A stretch of 64,000 bases of DNA. It comes from an uncultured Micavibrio sp. GTDB taxonomy: Bacteria; Pseudomonadota; Alphaproteobacteria; Micavibrionales; UBA2020. Position numbers and translations under genes: made by a program. The notes under the pieces were generated by a model. That model worked only from the letters and a program-made list of their open reading frames with translations. It was not told the DNA's origin and ran no database searches. Below, piece after piece: positions 49,228-58,779 of this stretch; position 1 is the stretch's first letter; each line of letters opens with the position of its first letter. The stretch spans positions 4,995 through 68,994 of the forward strand of contig CAZKBS010000008.1 of NCBI GenBank assembly GCA_964551435.1. Direction: 5' to 3'.

Positions 49228-51000
49228 TTATGCACCCTCCTGCAAGAGGCTGCCATAAAGACGGCTATAAGCACCACCCGCCGCCAGCAGTTCTTCGTGG
49301 CGGCCGCTTTCGACAATGCGCCCTTCGCTGAGGACGTAAATAATATCCGCATCCATAATGGTCGACAGCCGGTGCGCGACCACGACCGTCGTGCGGCCTT
49401 GTTGCAGACGATCAAGGGCGGACTGCACCAGACGCTCCGACGTGGTATCGAGCGCGGATGTCGCTTCGTCCAGCAGCAGCAGCGGCGCATTACGCAGCAT
49501 CGCGCGCGCAATCGACAGGCGCTGGCGCTGACCGCCCGAGAGTTTCACACCGTTTTCGCCGACCACCGTATCGTAGCCCTGCGGAAGCTCTATAATGAAA
49601 TCATGCGCGGCGGCGCTTTTGGCGGCGGCGATGATATCATCTTCGCTCGCGCCTTCGGTGCCATAGGCAATGTTATCGCGCACGGTATCGTTGAAAATAG
49701 CTACTTCCTGACTGACCAGCGCCATGTTCTTGCGCAGGCTTTTCAGTGTTACATCGCGTATATCGGCGCCATCGATGCGGATAGCGCCGCCCGTGACGTC
49801 ATAAAAACGCGGAATAAGATTGAGAATGGTCGATTTGCCCGACCCCGACGCCCCGACCAGCGCCGCCGTTTTGCCTGCCGGCACACTGAAGCTGACGCCT
49901 TTCAGCGCCTCCGTCCCGTCGGCATAGGTGAAACGCACATCGTCGAAAACCATGGTCGGCTGCGCGACTTTCAGTTCCGCCGCATCGGGTTTATCGACAA
50001 TCGCGGGCGGGCTGTCGAGCAGCTTGAACATCCTATCAGCCGACGCCAGCCCCATTTGCATGACGTTGTTGAGCTGCGCCAGTCGTTTCATCGGTTCATA
50101 CGCCAGCAGGAACGCGGCGATGAACGAAAACAGCTGCCCCGTGGTGCTCTGCCCCGCCATCACCTGCATGCCGCCGTAAACGATGATGCTGACAATCGCA
50201 AGACCGCTCAGCGATTCCGAAATCGGCGTCGCCGTGGCCGATACGCGGTAGGTACGGTTCATCAGCGCAAGGATGCGCTGGATGACATGATTGATACGGT
50301 TTTTTTCGAATTCTTCCATGCCGTAGGATTTGACGTGCTTGCTGCCCTGAAACGCCTGCCCGAGCATGCTGGTCAGCTGGCCCGTTTCTTCCTGCGTTGT
50401 CGTTGACACCTTGCGCAGTTTTTTACCGAGGCGCGCGACAAAATACGCCGCTGCCGGAAAGGCAAAAATCGACACCAACGTCATTTTCCAGTCCTGATAG
50501 ACCATGACGCCGAGCAGGAACAGCAAAGTAAACACGTTTTTACCCAGCCCCGTCAGGCTCTGGTTCAGCGCGGCGCGGATATGGTTGACGTCCGATACGA
50601 ACCGCGACAGGAGCATCCCGCTTTGCTGGCCGTGGAAAAACGCCAGGTCTGCATAGACCAAGTGGGCGAACATATCGCGCTGCATATCGGCAATGCAGCG
50701 CTGCGCCATGCGGTTCATCATCACCGTATGGCCGTAGGTCGCAATGCCGCGCACCACGAAAACCAGCAGCACCAGCCCCGCCACCGGAAACAGCATGTCG
50801 CGGCGCTGTTCGGTAAAAATCTTGTCGATGATGGGTTCCATCAACTTGGCCATGGCGCCCGTCATCGCCGCCGAAACCATCATCAGAACAACAGCCACAG
50901 CCAACGTGCCCACATAGGGCCGCACATATTGACGCAGGATGCGCCGCATCAAAGGCCAGCTGGCCGTATGGGTGGGGGTGGAAACAGTAGAAGTCGCCAA
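49228..51000 (-). CDS. msbA: ABC exporter, MsbA-like
   Basis: 6-TM ABC membrane domain, GASGSGKST, LSGGQRQR, LLLDEATSALD. Confidence 0.8.
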   Translation of the reverse strand: MATSTVSTPTHTASWPLMRRILRQYVRPYVGTLAVAVVLMMVSAAMTGAMAKLMEPIIDKIFTEQRRDMLFPVAGLVLLVFVVRGIATYGHTVMMNRMAQRCIADMQRDMFAHLVYADLAFFHGQQSGMLLSRFVSDVNHIRAALNQSLTGLGKNVFTLLFLLGVMVYQDWKMTLVSIFAFPAAAYFVARLGKKLRKVSTTTQEETGQLTSMLGQAFQGSKHVKSYGMEEFEKNRINHVIQRILALMNRTYRVSATATPISESLSGLAIVSIIVYGGMQVMAGQSTTGQLFSFIAAFLLAYEPMKRLAQLNNVMQMGLASADRMFKLLDSPPAIVDKPDAAELKVAQPTMVFDDVRFTYADGTEALKGVSFSVPAGKTAALVGASGSGKSTILNLIPRFYDVTGGAIRIDGADIRDVTLKSLRKNMALVSQEVAIFNDTVRDNIAYGTEGASEDDIIAAAKSAAAHDFIIELPQGYDTVVGENGVKLSGGQRQRLSIARAMLRNAPLLLLDEATSALDTTSERLVQSALDRLQQGRTTVVVAHRLSTIMDADIIYVLSEGRIVESGRHEELLAAGGAYSRLYGSLLQEGA

Positions 51001-51147
51001 GAAGAGGTTTCCCGATGGACAGGTGTTAATGATTTCTCAAGCCGTGTTATACTACAGTCAGGGGCGGGAGTTTAGTCTCTAATCCCCACCCAGTCAAAGA
51101 TAAACATAATCAAGAATAAACATAATAATAACAAAAACGAGGCGACA

Positions 51148-52233
51148 GTGATGTTCGGCAAAGACAAAGATAAAAAAGGCCCCGACATTCCCCCGGCCAG
51201 TCCCGGGCTGAAAACCCAGTCGGAGGCGAACAAAGTCCACATGTCCGCGCCGCCGCGCATCGGCCTTGCGCTGGGCAGCGGCCTTGCCCGCGGCTTTGCC
51301 CACCTCGGCGTCATCCGCGCGCTGAAACGCCACGGCATCGAACCCACGGTTATCTCCGGCTCTTCCATGGGCGCGCTGATTGGCGGCGCCTATCTGGCGC
51401 ACCGGCTTGATGCGGTCGAGGAATGGGCCTATTCGCTGACGAAATTCAAGGTGCTGTCGTATCTCGATTTCCGCGTCAAGGCCAGCGGCCTGATCGGCGG
51501 CGAGCGCCTTATGAAACTCATGCTCGACAATTTCGGCGAAGTACGCGTCGAAGAATTGCCGCACCCCTTCATCGCCATCACCGCCGACCTTGTGACAGGT
51601 CACGAGGTCTGGCTGCGCAAGGGGCGTCTGGTCGATGTAATGCGCGCCTCCTTCTCCCTGCCCGGCATTTTTCCGCCCGTGTTCATGAACAACCGCTGGC
51701 TGATTGACGGCGCGCTCGTCAACCCCGTGCCGGTTTCGGCCTGCTCCGCCAATGGCGCGCGCATGACGATTGCCGTCAACGTCGGCGGCGATATCATCGG
51801 CAAAAGCAAACGTCCCGGCGACACCATCCCGACGGTGGCGGGCTTTGACCTTCTGAATTTCGAAGGGCCGCAGAACCTCGAAGAGCAAAAGAAAAAAGGC
51901 CTTATTCAGCGCGTGTTCCGCCGCGAAAATTCGGGGCCGAGCATTTTCGGCGTCATGGTATCGTCGCTCAACATCGTGCAGGACCGTCTTGCCCGCTCCC
52001 GCCTTGCGGGAGATCCGCCGGACGTGCTTATCGTGCCGCGTATCGGCCATATCGGATTGATGGAATTCGACCGCGCCGAGGAGCTGATTGAAGAAGGCGA
52101 AGCCGCCGTCGAACGCGCCATGCCCGATATCAAGGCCGCCTATGCCGTGCTGTGTACCGAATACGCGTCAGAGCCCGACGACGTCATCGACGATCCGCAC
52201 CCACCATCGACCAAACCCGGGCCGCACGAGTAA
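51148..52233 (+). CDS. Patatin-like phospholipase (RssA/NTE family)
   Basis: GSGLARG oxyanion loop, GSSMG, DGA. Confidence 0.9.
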   Translation: MMFGKDKDKKGPDIPPASPGLKTQSEANKVHMSAPPRIGLALGSGLARGFAHLGVIRALKRHGIEPTVISGSSMGALIGGAYLAHRLDAVEEWAYSLTKFKVLSYLDFRVKASGLIGGERLMKLMLDNFGEVRVEELPHPFIAITADLVTGHEVWLRKGRLVDVMRASFSLPGIFPPVFMNNRWLIDGALVNPVPVSACSANGARMTIAVNVGGDIIGKSKRPGDTIPTVAGFDLLNFEGPQNLEEQKKKGLIQRVFRRENSGPSIFGVMVSSLNIVQDRLARSRLAGDPPDVLIVPRIGHIGLMEFDRAEELIEEGEAAVERAMPDIKAAYAVLCTEYASEPDDVIDDPHPPSTKPGPHE

Positions 52234-52243
52234 TAGAAAAACA

Positions 52244-52273
52244 GAAAGGCGCGAAAATGTTTTCGCGCCTTTC
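52244..52273. terminator. Hairpin terminator between convergent genes
   Basis: GAAAGGCGCGAAAA-tg-TTTTCGCGCCTTTC. Confidence 0.8.
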
Positions 52274-52295
52274 CTTGATGTCAGATTAAAAAAGA

Positions 52296-53225
52296 TTATT
52301 CCTTCATCCGCGCGCGTTCGCGTTCGCGCAGGGCGGCTTCGGGGGTTTGCCAGATGAGGCTGTCCAGCACCCAGTTCGGGCGGATGCCGCCGTAGATTTG
52401 CGCCAGATGTTCCATTGACTTGCGGCGCTGGTCGGGGGAAATACCCGCCGGAAACGCGCTGCCGTGAATGCCGGAGGTGATAAAGGCCGTGTCCATATCC
52501 ACGGCAATCGCCCCCGCGATGTCATGCTGCAAAGAGTCACCAACGACAAGCACGCGCGACGGAATGACACCTTCGAACAAGCCCTGCGCGTAGCGGAAAA
52601 TGGTTTTATGCGGCTTGCCGATCAGATGCGCCATACCGCCGAGGTCGTGATAGCGTTTGGCGACCGCACCGGGGCCGACGGCGCGTTCATGGCCGTAGAC
52701 GGTAATCATGTCCGGGTTCGCGCAAATGGCGGGCAGACGGCGCACGACGGCCTTTTTGAAAACGGGGTCGAGGTCTTCAAGCTTCGTGCCGTTCGGATCG
52801 AAGCTGGTGATGAGGATGAAAGAAGCTTCGTCAATATCCGACGTAATTTCGATGTCGAGCCCTTCGAGCAGCCCGCGGTCATCGGCGCGGGAAATCAAAT
52901 AGCATTTCTTGCCGAGATCCTTGAACGGGGTTTCTTTCTGCGCGCGCAGCCCCTGCCAGGCGACCTCACCCGCCGTCACAACGGCTTTATACATCGACGG
53001 CTTGATGCCGAGTTTTTTGAGGCGTTCGATATTGTCGTCGGCACGTTTGGCAGAGTTCGAGAGGATAACGACCTGTTTTTTGCGCTGTTTGAGATGATTG
53101 AGGCTGTCAATCACGCCCTCGTAAGCCTGAACGCCGTTATGCAGGACGCCCCACTGGTCCATGATGAACCCGTCGTAGCTGTCCATGAGTTCGTAAAGGC
53201 CTTGGCAAAACGTCATCGTTGACAT
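52296..53225 (-). CDS. HAD-IIA family hydrolase (TIGR01459-like)
   Basis: DQWGVLHNG, LSNS, CANPD, GKPH, VGDSLQHDIAG. Confidence 0.88.
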   Translation of the reverse strand: MSTMTFCQGLYELMDSYDGFIMDQWGVLHNGVQAYEGVIDSLNHLKQRKKQVVILSNSAKRADDNIERLKKLGIKPSMYKAVVTAGEVAWQGLRAQKETPFKDLGKKCYLISRADDRGLLEGLDIEITSDIDEASFILITSFDPNGTKLEDLDPVFKKAVVRRLPAICANPDMITVYGHERAVGPGAVAKRYHDLGGMAHLIGKPHKTIFRYAQGLFEGVIPSRVLVVGDSLQHDIAGAIAVDMDTAFITSGIHGSAFPAGISPDQRRKSMEHLAQIYGGIRPNWVLDSLIWQTPEAALRERERARMKE

Positions 53226-53674
53226 GCGGTCTTATCCCCTTTTGTCTCTGCCTGTTGTTCATGCGTGCCTGCGAAATGGGCGCGCAGCCGCGCGATTTCG
53301 GCATCGCGGGCCGCGGCGTCGTACGGCACTTCCGGTATATCAAGCGCCCAGACGGGTTTGGGCCATGCGGCGTCCGTCTTGTAGCGGGCGAAAATGTGGA
53401 TATGCAGCTGCGGCACCATATTGCCGAGCGCGGCGGTATTGATTTTATCCGGCGCATAAAGCGCCTTGAGCGCGTTCTGCGCACGGGCGATTTCAGCCAT
53501 CAGCAACGACTGGTCATCCGGCGACAAGTCGCAGAATTCACGCACGCCCTCGCGCATCGGCACCAGATAGAGCCACGGCCAGTTTTTATCGTTTTTGAGG
53601 CATACGCGGCACAGCGCCCAGTCTTCGACATGGAACGAACTGTCTGCCAGACGGTGATCGAGTGTGAAAGTCAC
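53213..53674 (-). CDS. HIT-domain protein
   Basis: F.LD.RL..D, WPWL.LVP, KIN.AALGNMVPQLHIH..AR...D.AWP.PVW. Confidence 0.88.
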   Translation of the reverse strand: MTFTLDHRLADSSFHVEDWALCRVCLKNDKNWPWLYLVPMREGVREFCDLSPDDQSLLMAEIARAQNALKALYAPDKINTAALGNMVPQLHIHIFARYKTDAAWPKPVWALDIPEVPYDAAARDAEIARLRAHFAGTHEQQAETKGDKTACQR

Positions 53675-53785
53675 GCATCCCCCTTTGCATCGCTGCCACC
53701 GCCCGCATCCGCAAAAGCGGCCACGCGCAGCAACGCATATAATAGGCGATGAATAAGGCTATAAAAAAGTAAAAAAGCCGCTAAG

Positions 53786-54757
53786 ATGATGGAAACCGCC
53801 CGAAGGAGTGTTATAGAAAACGCCATGCGCCGCCCCCTTGTCATTTTTTGCTCTCTGACCGGACTGGCCGCGCTGGCGGTTGCCGCCGTTTATTACGCCC
53901 GCCCCGATATGCTGCCCGCGCTGCTGGCCCCCGCCGGAACGGCCGCGCTGCAAGCCGCACCCGCCAGTGCCGATGCGGCGGAAGACAAGGCTTTCTATGA
54001 CGAGCTGGAGGTTCTGGCCACCCGCGAAACCGCGGCAATCGTAACGGCCTATATCAACAAACGTGTGCGTGAAAAACCGCGCCTGCTGGCTGTTGCGATG
54101 GACTGGGCGCGCGACCATTCCGTCGGACAGCAGGATTTGCAAAAGCTGAACGGATATTACTATCTGCTCTACAGCGACCTGACGTTTATGGCCTCGCAGG
54201 CGTTCAAAATCGCCGGTATCGAAACCGAATACAAGGATATGGTGCGCACATCCTTTGCCAGCCTGCTGACGTTTGATTTACTGATGGCAACGGATGCCCT
54301 GCGCTGCAAGGACACATCGGTACGCGATATCCGCGGACCGCTGGTCAAGCCGCGCTATGAACTGCTGGATAACGCGTTTGATTATCTCGCGCCCGAAGAT
54401 ATTTACCGCCTGTTCCTGACCGTCAGCAAGGCGGAAAGCGCCATGGGCAGCCGCGCCCCGAATGCCGAACTGTGCGCGGGCGGCATTGTCGGCAAAACCG
54501 CGCAGCTGAACGACCCCGCCACGCAGCATATCGAGGTTGACAACCCCGACATGCCCGGCACCAAACGTACCATCCTGATGCCGCCGCCGGATTTCACATT
54601 CACGCCGGAATATGTGACAGATGACGAATGGCAGGAAGCGCGCGCCCGTATGCAGGCCGCCGTGCGCGATTCATGGTTCCAGCGTCAGATGAACCACAAA
54701 CTACGCGAAAATGCGGCGCCGTCCGCCGTGCCCGAACAAAGCGAGCCGACCCCTTGA
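53786..54757 (+). CDS. Hypothetical N-terminally anchored exported protein
   Basis: Basic then hydrophobic N-terminus; two Cys (DALRCKD, ELCAGG); start uncertain. Confidence 0.7.
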   Translation: MMETARRSVIENAMRRPLVIFCSLTGLAALAVAAVYYARPDMLPALLAPAGTAALQAAPASADAAEDKAFYDELEVLATRETAAIVTAYINKRVREKPRLLAVAMDWARDHSVGQQDLQKLNGYYYLLYSDLTFMASQAFKIAGIETEYKDMVRTSFASLLTFDLLMATDALRCKDTSVRDIRGPLVKPRYELLDNAFDYLAPEDIYRLFLTVSKAESAMGSRAPNAELCAGGIVGKTAQLNDPATQHIEVDNPDMPGTKRTILMPPPDFTFTPEYVTDDEWQEARARMQAAVRDSWFQRQMNHKLRENAAPSAVPEQSEPTP

Positions 54758-55806
54758 AACCTGTCAAAAAAGAATATCCGCCGATTTTCACGCAGCCCGC
54801 CGCAGGCGAAACCACAAAAATTATCGACGGCCTTTACTGGGTGCGGTTTTCGCTGCCCTTCGCGCTGGATCACGTCAACGTCTGGCTGCTGGATAACGGC
54901 GAAGGCGGCTGGAACATCATCGACAGCGGCTTTAACGACGGCCCGACGATCGCGCAATGGGATGCTATTTTTGCCCAAGGCGTTTTGGCAAAGGGCGCCG
55001 TCGAAAATCTGTTCTTCACCCATTTCCATCCAGACCATTTCGGACTGGCGGGATGGCTGCACAGCAAGACCGGCGCCAGCGTTCAAATGACGCCAGGCGA
55101 ATGGCGCATGGTGCAATCGCTGACCGACCCCGACAATGTCGAACGTCTGGAACAGCTCTACCGTCCCTATTATAACCACGCGGGCGTCGACGAAGACGTG
55201 CTGGAAAAACTGCTCAACCGCCGCATGGGATATCGCAGCGTCATCCATCCGCCGCCGCCGCATACCGAACCCGTGCATCCCGGCCAGACAGTCGCACTGG
55301 GTGGCCGCGCATGGAAAATCATCGGCGGCTATGGCCACAGCCCCGAACATGCGAGCCTGTATAACGCCGAAGATAAAATCCTGATTGCCGGAGACATGGT
55401 GCTGCCGTTCATCACCCCGAACATCAGCTATTTCCCCGGCAACCCGCCGGGCCATGACCCTGTCGATTTATATATGGAAACACTCAAAAGCATTCGCGCC
55501 GAGGTACCCGACGACGTGCTGGTGTTGCCGTCCCATGGCATCCCGTTCCGCGGGCTGCACGAACGCATAGACGACATTCTGGCGCATCACCGCCACAGGC
55601 TCGACAAACTGTCCGACGTCCTCTCCAGAGGCCCGCAAACCGGCTATGCCGCCATGCAGGGCCTGTTTGCCCACAGGCAGCTGAAATCCGGCGATGTTTT
55701 CTTTGCTTTGGGCGAAACCATGGCGCATTTGGTCTATGAAGTCCGCCGCGGAAATGTCCTTGAAAGATTTGAAGAAAACAGGATTATCTATCAGCGCGCC
55801 GGATAA
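54754..55806 (+). CDS. MBL-fold metallo-hydrolase with C-terminal winged helix
   Basis: LPFALDHVN, THFHPDHFG, GHSPEH, GDMVLP.ITPN, PSHG.PF; TTG start overlaps the upstream TGA. Confidence 0.88.
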   Translation: MKPVKKEYPPIFTQPAAGETTKIIDGLYWVRFSLPFALDHVNVWLLDNGEGGWNIIDSGFNDGPTIAQWDAIFAQGVLAKGAVENLFFTHFHPDHFGLAGWLHSKTGASVQMTPGEWRMVQSLTDPDNVERLEQLYRPYYNHAGVDEDVLEKLLNRRMGYRSVIHPPPPHTEPVHPGQTVALGGRAWKIIGGYGHSPEHASLYNAEDKILIAGDMVLPFITPNISYFPGNPPGHDPVDLYMETLKSIRAEVPDDVLVLPSHGIPFRGLHERIDDILAHHRHRLDKLSDVLSRGPQTGYAAMQGLFAHRQLKSGDVFFALGETMAHLVYEVRRGNVLERFEENRIIYQRAG

Positions 55807-55854
55807 AACCCTGATTTTCCGCCCAAAAAGCAATAATGTTACGGCAATGCTTGG

Positions 55855-55883
55855 TTGACTGGAATTTTCTGGCAAATTACACT
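55855..55883 (+). promoter_or_regulatory. Putative sigma70 promoter of pepN
   Basis: TTGACT-N17-TACACT. Confidence 0.6.
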
Positions 55884-55931
55884 GCCTGATATTCATTCTC
55901 ATTCACGCTAATGACCGGAGCCTGCACCCCC

Positions 55932-58709
55932 ATGGCCGAGAAAAAAGATTTTCTGTTTGATCCCGCCCGCAACCCGCTCTACCGCGACGATTACCGCCCG
56001 ACGGAATACAAAATTCCCGCGGTGAAGCTCGACATTGCTCTGGATGAAACCCAGACCGTGGTCACCAGCCGTATCCATGTCACGCGCAACCCCGACCTGC
56101 CCAATGCCGGCGGCGCGCTGGTGCTGGATGGCGAAGGTCTCAAGCTCAAATCCCTCAAGATCATCGAAAACGGCGTGGCGCGCGATATGGACCGCAGCGA
56201 ATTTGTGGTGACGGATAAAAACCTGATCCTCAAAAACCCGCCCGCGCAGCCGTTCGACGTCGAAATCGTCACCGAAATCAATCCGGCGGAAAACACCACG
56301 CTGTCCGGTATTTACATGGCGGGCGATATCCTGTGTTCGCAGTGCGAGGCGCAGGGATTCCGCCGCATTACCTATTTCCTCGACCGTCCCGACAATCTCG
56401 CGACCTATGACGTGACGCTGACGGGCGATAAACAGAAATTCCCGGTGCTGCTGTCGAACGGCAACGGCGAGCCTTCCAAAACCACCGACAACGGCGACGG
56501 CACGCACAGCATCAACTGGAAAGATCCGTGGCCGAAGCCGAGCTATCTGTTCGCGGTTGTCGCGGGCGATATGCATGTGCTCGAAGATACCTTCACCACC
56601 ATGAACGGCAAAAAAGTCGACCTGCGTATTTATGTGCAGGACGGATACGAAGACAAAATCACCTGGGCCATGGAATCGCTGAAGCGTTCGATGAAATGGG
56701 ACGAAGACCGTTATGGCCGTGAATACGACCTTGATTGCTTCCACATCGTCGCCGTTGATAAATTCAACGCGGGCGCGATGGAAAACAAGGGCCTGAACGT
56801 TTTCAACGTGAAATACCTTGTCGGCAGCGCCGAAGTTTCCACCGACGACGAGCTGATTGATATCGAAGCCGTCATCGGCCACGAATATTTCCACAACTAT
56901 TCCGGCGACCGCGTCACCGTGCGCGACTGGTTCGAACTGACACTGAAAGAAGGTTTCACCGTCCTGCGTGACCGCCAGTTCACCGAAGACATGCACTCCA
57001 AGGAAATCAAGCGTATCGACGATGCTGTCGGCCTGCGCTCCGCCCAGTTCATGGAAGATGCCGGCCCGACGTCGCACCCCATCCGCCCCGACCGCGTGGA
57101 GGAATTCGACAACATCTATACCGGCACCATCTACGAAAAAGGCTCCCACGTGCTGGGCATGCTGCACACCATGATGGGCGAAGCCACATGGCGCGCGGCG
57201 ACCGACGAATATTTCCGCCGCTTCGATGGTCAGGCTGTCACCTGCGATGATTTCGTGGACGTGATGCAGGAAGTATCTGGCATCGACCTCACGCAGTTCC
57301 GCCAGTGGTACAACCAGTCCGGCACGCCGGAAATCAGCTACACGGGCGATTATGATGCAGCCAGCAGAACCTACCGCCTGACGCTGACGCAAAACACGCC
57401 GCCCACGGCAGACCAGCCCGCGAAAGTGCCGCTGCATATACCCATCGCCGTCGGTCTGATCGGCCAGAGCGGCAAGGACGTGCCCCTCACCCTCGCCGGC
57501 GACACAGCGGGCAGCACCGCGCCGACCACGCGCGTGCTGCACCTGACCGAAGCCAGCCAGACGTTCGAATTCAAAAACATCGACGGGCCCGTGGTGCCGT
57601 CCATCCTGCGCGGTTTCTCCGCCCCCGTAAAAGTCACGACCCAGCCGACCGACGATGAACTCGTCTTCCGCATGGCGCACGACAGCGACGGTTTCAACAA
57701 ATATGAAGCAACCGAACGCCTGATGGTCAAAACTCTGCACAAGCTCATCAAACAGGCCGAAAACGACCTGCCGCTGACACTGGAGCAAGGCTTCATCGAC
57801 GCTTATGGCGAAAACGTCAAAAATGCGCTGACGGGCGATCTGGCGTTCAACGCGCGCACGCTCGGCCTGCCGCCTTATAACATCATCATTCAGGACCTCA
57901 AAACCCTCGACCCCGATGCGGTTTCCGAAGCGATTGATTTCATGAAGACCACGCTGGCCAAAACCTATGCGGAGGAATTCAAGAATATCTACACCGCCAC
58001 CGCCGCGCCCGCGGGCGAGACCTATAACGTCGTACCGACACAGGTCGGACGCCGCGAGCTGCACAACACCGCCCTTGGCTTCATTGGCAAACTAGAAACA
58101 CCGGATGCCGCGCTGGATGCCGTTGCGCAGTATGGACATTCCAAAAACATGACCGAAAAACTGGCCGCACTGGGTGTGATGACCCGCATGACCAACAAAG
58201 ACGCCGTGCTGGTTGCGGACAAGCTGCTGGAAGATTTCTATGGCCGTTACAAGGATAACAACAACCTTGTCGACAAATGGCTGTCGCTGCAGGCGGGACG
58301 CCCGGCCGACGGTGCGCTGGATCGCGTGCGCGAGTTGATGAAACACGAAGCCTACGACGCGACCAACCCCAACAAGGTTTACGCGCTGATTGGCGGCTTC
58401 ACGTCCGGCAATCCGTCCGCCTTCCACGACAAGGATGGCAGCGGGTATAAGTTCCTCGCGGATACCATCATCGACCTCAACGATGTGAATGCGAAAACGG
58501 CGACCAACCTTGCCAAACGCTTCACGCAGTTCAAGCGCTACGACGCAGACCGTCAGGTGCTGATGATTGCGCAGATGGAACGTATCATGGCCGTGCCGAC
58601 GCTGGATATCGGCATCAAGGAAATCATCGGCAAGGCGCTGGATACGGTGGAGAAAAAACCCACCAACGACAACGCCCGCAAAGCCGCTCCCGCGCGCAAG
58701 CAGGGCTGA
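55932..58709 (+). CDS. pepN: Aminopeptidase N (M1 family) with C-terminal extension
   Basis: [27 protein letters not shown], HEYFH-x18-E, NPNKV; GGAG RBS before ATG 55932. Confidence 0.93.
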   Translation: [925 protein letters not shown]

Positions 58710-58718
58710 TAGACACGA

Positions 58719-58767
58719 CAAACAAAAAACGGCGGCCGGAGAATTTCCGCGCCGCCGTTTTTGTTTG
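58719..58767. terminator. Bidirectional intrinsic terminator
   Basis: CAAACAAAAAACGGCGG...CCGCCGTTTTTGTTTG. Confidence 0.85.
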
Positions 58768-58779
58768 CTAAAAGCGTGA

